A stretch of 64,000 bases of DNA from an uncultured Gammaproteobacteria bacterium (lineage in GTDB: Bacteria; Patescibacteriota; Patescibacteriia; Magasanikbacterales; GWA2-37-8). A model generated the notes under the pieces. The model saw only the letters and a list, made by a program, of their open reading frames with translations. It was not told the DNA's origin and did no database searches. Numbering within the stretch: the stretch's first letter is position 1; every line of letters begins with the position of its first letter. This document shows, piece after piece, positions 18,692 to 28,046 of this stretch. Where the stretch lies: positions 121,081 through 185,080 of the forward strand of contig CAZHYJ010000001.1 of assembly GCA_964536725.1 (NCBI GenBank), read 5' to 3'. The position numbers and the translations under genes are program-made.

Positions 18692-20777
18692 TAATTATCC
18701 GCGCGTCTAAAACTTCCACCCCCTTTTCAGTAACTAACAGCGGGTTGATATCCAGTTCTTTTATCTCCGGGAAATCAGTCAGGAGTTGCGATAATCTTGC
18801 GACACAATTGGTTAACGCCTCTCGATCAAGTGGTTTTTTACCGCGGGCGCCATCGAGTATTTTTTTGGATTTTAATTGCCCGATCATTTTATCAATGTCT
18901 TCTAACATGAGTGGGTTAATACCAAAGGTGACATCTTTAAAAATTTCTACATAAATTCCCCCTAGACCAACCATAATCATCGTGCCGAGAGAGGATTCAC
19001 GGGTGGCTCCAAGGATAAACTCGGCGCCATTTTCGGTAATCATTTCACTAACCAGTGCTCCCTCCAAAACTGCTTTGGGAGCATGTTTGTGGACAGTGTC
19101 ATACAACTCGACAAATTTCTTCTCGGCATTTTCGGGAGTGACGTTTAAGATAATGCCACCCACTTCACTTTTGTGTAAAATGTCAGGAGAGATAATCTTG
19201 ATAGCCGCTAATCCACCCACATATTTTACCGCTTCTTTAATTTCGGCTGGGTTTTGCACGGCCCGGCTTTTTACCAGCGGGAAATCATAGGCGGATAAAA
19301 TGCGAATGGCCTCAGCTTCAGGAAATGATGTTTTACCGGCAGCCTTGGCTGCATCGAAAATTTGCTTTACTTTTTTCTTGTCAATATTTCTAAAACTTAC
19401 TCCGTGCGTTTTAATCGGTCTGGTATTTTCGGCAAAATGAGTAAGAGCGGCCAAAGCACGTGCTCCTTGTTCAGGAAAATTAACTGTAGCCACATCGGCG
19501 TGTTGGAGAGCGTCAACTGCTTCGGCCACCATTTTTCCACCAATAAAACTGACGACTATTGGTTTTTTAGTATTTTGTTTTACATCAATAATCATCTCTG
19601 CAATTTTTTCCTCATCAGTCATTGATTGAGGGGTAAGGATGATTAGTAGACTGTCTATATCTGGATCGTTGGCCAATATTTTTAGTGTGTGATAATAACG
19701 ATCGGAACGGGCATCGCCCAAGATATCAATCGGATTATGCCAGTTGGCCGAAGGTGGTAATGCTTTTTTTAAGGCCACTTCAGTTTTTAAATTAATTGGT
19801 GCTAGTCTTAGTCCATTGGCGACACATTCATCGGTAGTCAAAACTCCTGGACCTCCAGCGTTGGTTACGATTGCCACCCGATTTCCTTTTGGTAGGGGGT
19901 TATGAGAGAAAACTCGAAGATGTTCAAAAAGTTCCACCATTGTACTAACGCGAATGATTCCAGCTTGATGAAAAAGCGCATCGTAGGCCGAATCATTTCC
20001 TGCTAATGCACCGGTATGTGAAGCGGAGGCGCTTGCGCCGGCCACGGTTCGGCCAGCCTTAATTGCAATAATTGGTTTGGGGTTGTGCCCGCTGGTGATT
20101 TTTTTTGCCAAATCAATCAATGCTGGAGCATTTTTCAATTGTTCAACATATAATGCGATCACCTTCGTGTTGTCGTCATCGGCCAAATATTTTAATAATT
20201 CCAATTCGTCGATCACTGCTTTATTGCCAACACTAATAAATTTAGAAAAACCCAAATTTAATTTTTTGGCATAGTCCAAAACAGCTGTACCCATCGCCCC
20301 ACTTTGGGAGATGAAAGCGATCTTTCCTGGGTTTGGCATTACCGGCGAAAAGGAAGCGTTGAGGTAGTTATCGGTATTAATCACCCCTAAACAGTTGGGG
20401 CCGATTAAAGCGATGTCATATTTTTTACTGATATTTTTCAGTTCGTTTTCTAAATCTTCGTTGCCCATTTCTTTAAAACCAGCTGAGATCACCACGGCTC
20501 CTTTAGCACCTTTTTTTGCGGCCTCTTCCAAAACACTAGGCACGATTTTGGCAGGAACAATAATTATTGCTAAGTCAATTTTTTCTGGTACAGCGGTAAC
20601 GCTAGGGTAGCAGGGCAAACCGTAAAGTTCAGTAGTTTTTGGATTAACCAAAAAAATCTTACCAGTGTGTTTTCCAGTAGTTAAATTTTTAGCGATGTCG
20701 TTACCGACACTGCCAATTTCAGTTGAGGCGCCAATAACGGCGATAGATTTTGGATTAAAAATCGCATCAAGTTTCAT
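18684..20777 (-). CDS. acetate--CoA ligase (ADP-forming), fused alpha/beta (NDP-forming acyl-CoA synthetase)
   Basis: 697 aa with an N-terminal CoA-binding domain, a succinyl-CoA-synthetase-like flavodoxin domain and a C-terminal ATP-grasp domain. Confidence 0.75.
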   Translation of the reverse strand: MKLDAIFNPKSIAVIGASTEIGSVGNDIAKNLTTGKHTGKIFLVNPKTTELYGLPCYPSVTAVPEKIDLAIIIVPAKIVPSVLEEAAKKGAKGAVVISAGFKEMGNEDLENELKNISKKYDIALIGPNCLGVINTDNYLNASFSPVMPNPGKIAFISQSGAMGTAVLDYAKKLNLGFSKFISVGNKAVIDELELLKYLADDDNTKVIALYVEQLKNAPALIDLAKKITSGHNPKPIIAIKAGRTVAGASASASHTGALAGNDSAYDALFHQAGIIRVSTMVELFEHLRVFSHNPLPKGNRVAIVTNAGGPGVLTTDECVANGLRLAPINLKTEVALKKALPPSANWHNPIDILGDARSDRYYHTLKILANDPDIDSLLIILTPQSMTDEEKIAEMIIDVKQNTKKPIVVSFIGGKMVAEAVDALQHADVATVNFPEQGARALAALTHFAENTRPIKTHGVSFRNIDKKKVKQIFDAAKAAGKTSFPEAEAIRILSAYDFPLVKSRAVQNPAEIKEAVKYVGGLAAIKIISPDILHKSEVGGIILNVTPENAEKKFVELYDTVHKHAPKAVLEGALVSEMITENGAEFILGATRESSLGTMIMVGLGGIYVEIFKDVTFGINPLMLEDIDKMIGQLKSKKILDGARGKKPLDREALTNCVARLSQLLTDFPEIKELDINPLLVTEKGVEVLDARIIIE

Positions 20778-20817
20778 AATTTCAAGATTCGTTTATAGTT
20801 TTAATTTTTGGATATTA

Positions 20818-21711
20818 TCACCTTCCCATTGTTCGAAGTTTGTTGATTCGATCTTCGATTGGAGGGTGAGTAGAGAATAAGGACTTAAATCCTTTGACTT
20901 TAAAGGGGCTGGCCAAGTAAAGATGGGCGGTGGCGGTGGCCGCGTGTTGCATCGGCAAATTTTCTTGGGAAATTTTTTCTAGGGCACTGGCTAATCCGTC
21001 AGGATAGCGGGTGAGTAGTGCGCCTGAAGCATCGGCTAAATATTCACGACGACGGGAGATGGCCAGTTTGATTAATTCTGCAATGATAGGGGATAAAATA
21101 GCAAAAACCACACCGATGATTAATATAATTGCACCGACTTGGCCACCGCCTTCGCTTCTGTCCGAGCGCCGTCCGCCAAACAAACGTACGCGCCACATCA
21201 TGTCAGATAAAAGTACGATCACACCCACCAACACGGCTACTAAAGTCATGAAGCGAATGTCGTAGTTTTTAATATGTGATAGTTCGTGGGCGATTACGCC
21301 CTCCAATTCTTCATTGGTTAGTTTTTCAATTGCACCTCGGCTTAAAGCGATTGATGCAAGCTCGGGTTTGCGTCCGGTGGCAAAGGCGTTAATCGCAGGG
21401 TCTTCAATAATGTAGATTTTTGGTACCGGTAGGCCAGCGGTGATGCAAAGATTTTCTACCAGATTGTAGGCGTAACGGTTGTCTTCCTTAGTTATTGGTT
21501 TTGCGCCATTAGTAAAGAGAGCGATTTTATCACCCTGAAAATATGAAATAGTGGTCATAAACAGGGAAATAACGATGGCAATCATCACTCCGCCGTATCC
21601 GCCCATTCCCCAGAGGCGATCATAAACATAGCCCAAAAGAACGATCACGGCGATAAAGACCGTTATTAAAATTACGGAACGGCGCTTGTTGGCGGCTATT
21701 TCGTTGTACAT
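20818..21711 (-). CDS. htpX: M48 zinc metalloprotease HtpX
   Basis: HELSH zinc-binding motif and TM helices. The downstream LemA partner is typical. Confidence 0.85.
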   Translation of the reverse strand: MYNEIAANKRRSVILITVFIAVIVLLGYVYDRLWGMGGYGGVMIAIVISLFMTTISYFQGDKIALFTNGAKPITKEDNRYAYNLVENLCITAGLPVPKIYIIEDPAINAFATGRKPELASIALSRGAIEKLTNEELEGVIAHELSHIKNYDIRFMTLVAVLVGVIVLLSDMMWRVRLFGGRRSDRSEGGGQVGAIILIIGVVFAILSPIIAELIKLAISRRREYLADASGALLTRYPDGLASALEKISQENLPMQHAATATAHLYLASPFKVKGFKSLFSTHPPIEDRINKLRTMGR

Positions 21712-21775
21712 ATAGAAGAATATTTAAAAATCAGAAGTCGGGATTTAAAAATTTTAAATCCCGTGCTTTTAACTT

Positions 21776-22342
21776 TTAGAATTTCACTTGAACATTTTGG
21801 CGTTCACCGTCAGCAGCAGCAAAGAATTCATATTTGGTGAATTTCAACATACCAGCGATCATATTGGTTGGGAAAACTTGAATCTTGGTGTTGAAGTCGC
21901 GTACGTTGCCATTGTAAAAACGGCGAGCGGCTTGGATTTTGTTTTCCGTGTCGGACAACTCATCTTGTAGTTGCAAAAAGTTTTGACTAGCTTTTAGATC
22001 AGGATAATTCTCGGTAACGGCAAAAAGTGATTTTAGAGTACTGGATAAAGCGTTTTCCGCCTGTTCACGTTCGGCCAATGTTGCGTTTTTGTTGTCGTGC
22101 ACTGCCATGGCCGCAGTTCTTGCCTCGGTTAATTTGACCAAGGTATTTTGTTCGTGAGTCATGTATCCTTTGACGGTTTCCATCAAGTTTGGAATCAAAT
22201 CATAACGGCGTTTGAGTTGGACATCAATATCTGATGTGGATTCGTCCACCTGATTTTTTGTGCGGATTAAGCCATTAAAGGTACCAATTACCCAAATGAC
22301 AACTACAACGATTATTCCTACTACTATATATGTTCCCGTCAT
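21776..22342 (-). CDS. lemA: LemA family protein
   Basis: An N-terminal TM helix followed by a characteristic LemA domain. Confidence 0.8.
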   Translation of the reverse strand: MTGTYIVVGIIVVVVIWVIGTFNGLIRTKNQVDESTSDIDVQLKRRYDLIPNLMETVKGYMTHEQNTLVKLTEARTAAMAVHDNKNATLAEREQAENALSSTLKSLFAVTENYPDLKASQNFLQLQDELSDTENKIQAARRFYNGNVRDFNTKIQVFPTNMIAGMLKFTKYEFFAAADGERQNVQVKF

Positions 22343-22445
22343 ATTTTATATATATGTATATTAGCCGGATGGCGGCTTGCTTTTTTAGCTTATTTTGTTG
22401 TATTATATACTATTATAAATAGATAATCAATATATTGATTAATTT

Positions 22446-23606
22446 ATGTTCACCCTCCTCATTTTTATTGCCGTTTTAGCAATCTTAGTTCTCTCGCACG
22501 AGTTTGGGCATTTTATCGCTGCCAAAAAATCTGGTATACGGGTGTATGAATTTGGTTTTGGCTTTCCACCCCGGGCGTTTGGTTGGTATCGTGATCCAAT
22601 TACTAAAAAATTTAAATTTGTAGATGGTAAGTTTGATCGTGAAAGTGCACCAGCCACAGTGTACTCGGTGAATTGGTTGCCGTTGGGTGGTTTTGTTCAG
22701 ATGAAAGGGGAGAATGATGCAAACAATGTTAACAACGATACTTTTGCTGGACAGAAAGTTTGGAAACGGGCAATTGTTTTAGTGGCGGGTGTGACGATGA
22801 ATATTTTGGTTGCGATGATCCTTCTCAGTATCGGATATATGATGGGTTTACCGCAAGCGACAAATGACATGGAAGACGTCGCGAATATTAAAGACCGTCG
22901 CACAGAAATTATTCAGATTATTGCTGGTAAGCCAGCCGCGGTTGCGGGTTTGGTGAGTGGGGATGTTATTGTGTCCGTTGGAAATGTTAACAACCCCCGT
23001 CTGAAAGAATTACAAAACTATATCAATGATCACAAGAGCGAAGAAATTGCTGTGGTGATAAAACGTGGTGAAGAAACTTTTACTAAAAATATTAAGCCGG
23101 CAATTTATGCAGATACAGGCAAAGCAGGAATTGGTGTGGGTATTGCTGAAATTGGCACAGTACAATATCCGTGGTATCGTGCGATCTATTATGGTGTAAC
23201 CGATACTTTTTGGTATTTAAAAGAAATTTTATTAGCTTTCTATACACTGATCGCCGGTCTGTTTGTCGGTGCAGGAACAGGTGAAGCGGTGGCTGGTCCA
23301 GTTGGGATTGCAATGATGACTGGTCGAGTAGCGCGCTTGGGGTTGGCATATTTGATTCAATTTACTGCCATGCTATCCTTGAATTTGGCGATCTTTAATA
23401 TTTTACCGCTACCGGCATTGGACGGTGGTCGGTTGTTGTTTTTATTGATTGGAAAAATCAAAGGCAGCCCAGTGAATCAGAAATGGGAACAGATTATTCA
23501 CAGCGTTGGTTTTTCTTTGTTGTTGCTTTTGGTGGTGGTAGTGACGGTAAAAGATTTGAGTGCCTTTCGTGGAGTGTTTGCGAATTTAGTACATAAGGTT
23601 TTTTAA
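22446..23606 (+). CDS. rseP: RIP site-2 protease RseP (M50 family) with a PDZ domain
   Basis: HEFGH motif near the N-terminus, a central PDZ domain, and the C-terminal LDGG motif. Confidence 0.85.
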   Translation: MFTLLIFIAVLAILVLSHEFGHFIAAKKSGIRVYEFGFGFPPRAFGWYRDPITKKFKFVDGKFDRESAPATVYSVNWLPLGGFVQMKGENDANNVNNDTFAGQKVWKRAIVLVAGVTMNILVAMILLSIGYMMGLPQATNDMEDVANIKDRRTEIIQIIAGKPAAVAGLVSGDVIVSVGNVNNPRLKELQNYINDHKSEEIAVVIKRGEETFTKNIKPAIYADTGKAGIGVGIAEIGTVQYPWYRAIYYGVTDTFWYLKEILLAFYTLIAGLFVGAGTGEAVAGPVGIAMMTGRVARLGLAYLIQFTAMLSLNLAIFNILPLPALDGGRLLFLLIGKIKGSPVNQKWEQIIHSVGFSLLLLLVVVVTVKDLSAFRGVFANLVHKVF

Positions 23607-23607
23607 T

Positions 23608-23970
23608 ATGGATGATAAAGGTAGAGTGATTGATATTGGAAGTTTACGGCCCGATCATGCGGTTGGGGCGGTGTTACCGATTGAAAACAGAAGCAAAATC
23701 TACACACAAGACATCTTAAAGGATTTAAAGGATCATTATAGATTAACCACAAAAGATGGTCAGACAGATCATCTTTTCGATGCTTTAGCTGAAGCGTTAG
23801 TAAAATATATTGACCAAAAGAGGCAAGGTGGAAATATCGCAGTTAGTTTTGAAAGTTTTTCTGTTGAATATATTTTTCCAGTTATGGAGAAAATGCGTGA
23901 GTTAAAAATGTTTTCCGAAGCGGCAGATTTGGCTGGTCTAGTTCGAGGAATAATTAATAAACAAGGTTAA
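23608..23970 (+). CDS. hypothetical protein
   Basis: 120 aa ORF beginning 2 nt after rseP, with no recognisable motifs. Confidence 0.3.
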   Translation: MDDKGRVIDIGSLRPDHAVGAVLPIENRSKIYTQDILKDLKDHYRLTTKDGQTDHLFDALAEALVKYIDQKRQGGNIAVSFESFSVEYIFPVMEKMRELKMFSEAADLAGLVRGIINKQG

Positions 23971-23998
23971 TTGAATACAACTATTGTAAATTTAAAAT

Positions 23999-25045
23999 AT
24001 GCTAGATAAATTAAAAAAAATAAAAGAGGAGGCGTTGGTGGCGATTAAAGCCGCGGCGGATAAATTGAGTTTGGAAGAACTAGAGAATCGTTTTTTGGGC
24101 CGCAAACAGGGTGAGTTGACGAACCTTTTAAAAGGTCTGAAAGATTTAGCTGATGACGCGCGCAAAGAAGCGGGGCAGTTGGCCAATGAAGTTAAGGTGG
24201 CGGTGGAAGAGGCGATTAATACTAAGCGACAAGAAATGCAGGGATCGGCGGGGGCGGAAATATTGGAAGCCGAGCGAGTGGATATTACCCAACCAGCGTT
24301 ACCAGTAAAAGAGCGTGGGCATTTTCATCCTAATACCATTATCCAACGCGACCTGGAAGATTTTTTTACCTCAATGGGTTTTATGGTTTTGGATGGACCA
24401 GAACTAGAAAGTGATTACTATAACTTTACCGCGGTAAATATTCCCGCCACTCATCCAGCCCGGGATATGCAGGATACTTTTTATATCAAAAATCATGGGC
24501 AGAATTCTGATTCACCATGGGTGATGCGGACACATACTTCAACAATGCAAGTGCGGTCGTTGCAAAAATATGGTGCACCACTTCGAATGATTGTCCCAGG
24601 GAAATGTTATCGCAACGAATCAACTGATGTTCGTCATGAACATACTTTCTATCAATTAGAAGGTGTAGTGGTGGACAAGGGAATTACATTTGCCGATATG
24701 AAAGGTATTTTGGAAGCAGTGGCCAAACATTTGTACGGGGCTGATACCGCGGTAAGATTACGACCAAAATTTTATCCTTTCGTTGAGCCGGGTGTAAACG
24801 GTGAGGTTACCTGTTTCTTGTGCAAAGGAAAAGGTTGTCGGTTGTGTAAAAATACCGGATGGTTAGAAATTTTTGGCGCTGGCATGATGCATCCGAATGT
24901 ATTAAAAGAAGGTAATATTGATCCGAATTCTTATCAGGGTTTTGCTTTTGGTTTTGGTTTGACCCGGTTGGTGATGTTAAAATATGGGATTGAGGATATT
25001 CGTTTGCTGGAAGCGGGTGATTTAAAGTTTCTAAAACAATTTTAA
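23999..25045 (+). CDS. pheS: phenylalanine--tRNA ligase alpha subunit
   Basis: Class II motifs and the FGFGLTRLVMLKYGIEDIR C-terminus. Confidence 0.9.
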   Translation: MLDKLKKIKEEALVAIKAAADKLSLEELENRFLGRKQGELTNLLKGLKDLADDARKEAGQLANEVKVAVEEAINTKRQEMQGSAGAEILEAERVDITQPALPVKERGHFHPNTIIQRDLEDFFTSMGFMVLDGPELESDYYNFTAVNIPATHPARDMQDTFYIKNHGQNSDSPWVMRTHTSTMQVRSLQKYGAPLRMIVPGKCYRNESTDVRHEHTFYQLEGVVVDKGITFADMKGILEAVAKHLYGADTAVRLRPKFYPFVEPGVNGEVTCFLCKGKGCRLCKNTGWLEIFGAGMMHPNVLKEGNIDPNSYQGFAFGFGLTRLVMLKYGIEDIRLLEAGDLKFLKQF

Positions 25046-25046
25046 T

Positions 25047-27497
25047 ATGTTAATAAGCTACAACTGGTTAAAACAATATCTAAATCTCCCTGATTCAATT
25101 ACCGCTGAAGAAGTGGGAAATAAATTAAAGGCGTCAACAGTTGAAGTGGAGGATATTAAAAGTTTAGGTAGTAATTTAGAAAATATTGTGGTTGGCAAAG
25201 TGGTGTCAGCCGAAAAACATCCGGGGGCGGATAAATTAAAACTATGTAAAGTTGATGTTGGCAATGAACAGTTGCAGATTGTTTGCGGTGGTTCGAATGT
25301 GGCGGAAGGCATGTTGGTGGCTTTAGCAAAAGTGGGGGCAAAGGTGCAGTGGCACGGAGAAGGTGGATTGGTAGAACTCGCACCGATCGCCATTCGTGGA
25401 GTGGAATCATTTGGTATGATCTGTGCATCGACGGAAATTGGTTTGGGTGAAATGTTTCCTCTTAAAAGCGAAAAAGAAATTTTGGATTTGACCAGTTACA
25501 ATCTTACTCCTGGCGAGTCGTTGGCAAAAGCATTGGATTTAACGGATGCCATTTTAGAAATCGACAACAAATCACTTTCCAATCGCCCCGACTTGTGGGG
25601 ACACTATGGTATCGCGCGCGAGGTGGCAGTTTTGTTTAACAAAGATTTGGCGGAATACAAAGCTGTGGAAATCAAAGAAGGGAAGGATATTAAAGTAAAG
25701 GTTAATATTGCAAACAAAGAATTATGCCCACGATATATGGCGGTAGCCATGTCGGGCGTGAAAGTTGGGCCATCACCAGATTGGTTGAAAAAGAAATTAA
25801 TGTCGGTAGGAGTGAATTCGATTAATAATATTGTTGACATTACTAATTACGTAATGTTAGATGTTGGCCAGCCTCTACACGCGTTTGACGCTAATTTGGT
25901 TAGTGGCGATAAAAAAACTAAAGAGATTAATGTGCGCTTGGCGGTGAGTGGTGAAAAAATTAAAGCATTGGATGGTAATGAATATGAATTGTCCGATATG
26001 GATTTAGTAATTGCTGATCCAGAAAAAGCATTAGCGATTGCCGGTGTAATTGGTGGTGAATACAGCGCGATCTCTTCCGAAACGACGACGATCATCTTTG
26101 AGGCAGCGAATTTTTCTGCAACCAGTATTCGCAAAACTTCTACCCGTCTGGGGGTGCGTACGGATTCGGCGCAAAGATTTGAAAAAAGCTTAGATCCAAA
26201 TTTGTGTGAGTTGGCGATTAAAAAGGCGGTAGAGTTGGTAGGTCAGCTTTGTTCGGAAGCAGTGGTGGCTAGTAAGGTAATTGACGAATCAGATTTTGTT
26301 TTACCGGTGGGTCCAATCGAAGTAGAAAAAGGTTTGTTTGAGAAAAAAATTGGCATTAATGTTCCAGAAAAAGAAATTATCAAAATTTTAGAAAAGCTGG
26401 GTTTTGAACTGAAAGATAAAAAGACTGCTTGGGCGATCAAGATTCCTACCTGGCGTGCCACCAAAGATGTTTCGTTGGCCGAAGATTTAGTGGAAGAGGT
26501 TTTGCGTGTCTATGGGTATGATAAAGTGGTGGGTACTTTACCTAGTTTTTCGATTGTTCCGCCGGCAATAAATGCACTCAGAAAATTGGAGCATCAAGTA
26601 GCGGATACGTTGGTTCGTGAATTTTCTTTTACTGAGGTTTATAATTATGCCTTTGTTAGTGCGGAGCAAATAAAAAACTTATCGGACGATTTAGATATGT
26701 ATATTGAGCTAGATAATCCATTGGCCAAGGATCGTCCGTTTTTGCGTCGTCGCCTTCTTCTTAATTTGTTAACCAATGTTGCTAATAATATTAACCAGAA
26801 TCAGGAAGTAAAGATTTTTGAGATTGGAAAAATATTTAAAACTGATAAGCCGGGCGCACGGGTGGAGGCTAATAGTGATGAATTATTACCTGGTCAAAAT
26901 GTTTGGTTTACCGCTTTGTATGTAAACAAAAAAGATCAAAATCCATATTGGGAAGCAAGACGAGTGATGGAGGCTTTGGGTGTTGAATTAGGACTAGATT
27001 GGGCCGCAGATTTTGATGCTAAAGTATTGCAATGTGAACATCCCACACGCACAGCTGTGGTTAAAACAGGGGAGTTGATTGTTGGGGCGGTCGGGGAGAT
27101 CTTGCCAAGTGTGGCAGAGAAATTTGGTATTAATTATCGTGTTGGATTTTTGCGGTTGAATTTGAGTGAGATACAGGAAGGTGGTAACTTTAAAGAAGTC
27201 GGTTATCAGCCTAGTTCAGTTTATCCAGAAATTGAACGCGATGTAGCGTTTTTAGTAGACAAGAAAGTCAGACACGAAGAAGTGATCGGTGTTTTAAACA
27301 TGCTTGATGTTCTGGTTAAAAAAGTAGAGTTATTTGATGTGTACATGGGAGAGAAGATTGCGGGTGATAAAAAGAGTGTGGCTTACCGAATAGTGTATGC
27401 GGATTCAACTCGGACTTTGACCGGCGAGGAAGTAGACAAGGTACACCAGAAAGTTATCACCACATTACAGAAAAAATTCGGTGCGGAAATTCGTTAA
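25047..27497 (+). CDS. pheT: phenylalanine--tRNA ligase beta subunit
   Basis: 816 aa with an N-terminal tRNA-binding domain plus B3/4, B5 and FDX-ACB domains. It directly follows pheS. Confidence 0.9.
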   Translation: MLISYNWLKQYLNLPDSITAEEVGNKLKASTVEVEDIKSLGSNLENIVVGKVVSAEKHPGADKLKLCKVDVGNEQLQIVCGGSNVAEGMLVALAKVGAKVQWHGEGGLVELAPIAIRGVESFGMICASTEIGLGEMFPLKSEKEILDLTSYNLTPGESLAKALDLTDAILEIDNKSLSNRPDLWGHYGIAREVAVLFNKDLAEYKAVEIKEGKDIKVKVNIANKELCPRYMAVAMSGVKVGPSPDWLKKKLMSVGVNSINNIVDITNYVMLDVGQPLHAFDANLVSGDKKTKEINVRLAVSGEKIKALDGNEYELSDMDLVIADPEKALAIAGVIGGEYSAISSETTTIIFEAANFSATSIRKTSTRLGVRTDSAQRFEKSLDPNLCELAIKKAVELVGQLCSEAVVASKVIDESDFVLPVGPIEVEKGLFEKKIGINVPEKEIIKILEKLGFELKDKKTAWAIKIPTWRATKDVSLAEDLVEEVLRVYGYDKVVGTLPSFSIVPPAINALRKLEHQVADTLVREFSFTEVYNYAFVSAEQIKNLSDDLDMYIELDNPLAKDRPFLRRRLLLNLLTNVANNINQNQEVKIFEIGKIFKTDKPGARVEANSDELLPGQNVWFTALYVNKKDQNPYWEARRVMEALGVELGLDWAADFDAKVLQCEHPTRTAVVKTGELIVGAVGEILPSVAEKFGINYRVGFLRLNLSEIQEGGNFKEVGYQPSSVYPEIERDVAFLVDKKVRHEEVIGVLNMLDVLVKKVELFDVYMGEKIAGDKKSVAYRIVYADSTRTLTGEEVDKVHQKVITTLQKKFGAEIR

Positions 27498-27506
27498 TAA
27501 ATTATC

Positions 27507-27540
27507 CCCAGTCTACTTGACTGGGGTTTTTTATTTTTTT
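27507..27540 (+). terminator. rho-independent terminator after pheT
   Basis: ccccagtc-tactt-gactgggg followed by a T-rich tract. Confidence 0.6.
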
Positions 27541-27571
27541 GTGGTATAATGTAGTTGTTAGTTTTAATTTT

Positions 27572-27596
27572 TTTTCGACACCATGCCTGTCGAAAA
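27572..27596 (+). promoter_or_regulatory. perfect 9 bp inverted repeat (candidate operator/attenuator) between an extended -10 element (tggtataat at 27542-27550) and the 27614 start codon
   Basis: ttttcgaca-ccatgcc-tgtcgaaaa. Confidence 0.35.
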
Positions 27597-27613
27597 ATAT
27601 TTAGAGGGGAATT

Positions 27614-28000
27614 ATGTTTGAAACTTCAAAAGATATCTTGTATCTTGTCATCTCGTTCTGCGTTTTGTGGACGACAGTGTTTTTGTGTTGGATGTTCTAT
27701 TACGTTATGCGCTTGCTGCGCAATACCAATCAGATCATCGAAGAGTTCCGCGTACGTTTACAATCTTTGACCGAGGCAATTAATTATATCCGTGGCAAAG
27801 TAGAACACATGTCCGGCCTGATGTCACTCATCACTGATGGTGCCGCTGGTCTAGTAAAAAATGTGATCAATCGTAAAACCGCACAGTGGTCAGAAAAAGG
27901 AACAGAAAAATTTAATGAGGCGGCGAAGGAAGCGGTAAGTAAGGCAGTGAATGCTACTGCGAAGAAAATGAAGAAGGTGGCGAAGAAAATGAAAAAATAG
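27614..28000 (+). CDS. hypothetical small membrane protein (N-terminal TM helix, Lys/Ala-rich C-terminus)
   Basis: 128 aa ORF with its own promoter-like element and a downstream terminator. Confidence 0.35.
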   Translation: MFETSKDILYLVISFCVLWTTVFLCWMFYYVMRLLRNTNQIIEEFRVRLQSLTEAINYIRGKVEHMSGLMSLITDGAAGLVKNVINRKTAQWSEKGTEKFNEAAKEAVSKAVNATAKKMKKVAKKMKK

Positions 28001-28015
28001 ATAGTAAATTTATAA

Positions 28016-28046
28016 CTGACCCCATCGATTGGGGTCGGTTTTTTTA
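28016..28046 (+). terminator. rho-independent terminator
   Basis: gaccccatcgattggggtc followed by a T7 run. Confidence 0.55.

Noticed and set aside
25058-26464. Several 70-110 aa minus-strand ORFs inside pheT, and similar ones inside dnaE, infB, typA, leuS and the ACS gene
   Set aside because: They are antisense to long, motif-rich housekeeping genes and have Ser/Thr/Pro-rich low-complexity translations.
27555-27770. A 71 aa Cys-rich ORF overlapping the start of the small membrane-protein gene
   Set aside because: It is in a different frame and overlaps the promoter, the inverted repeat and the start codon of the better-supported 27614-28000 gene. It has no supporting signals.
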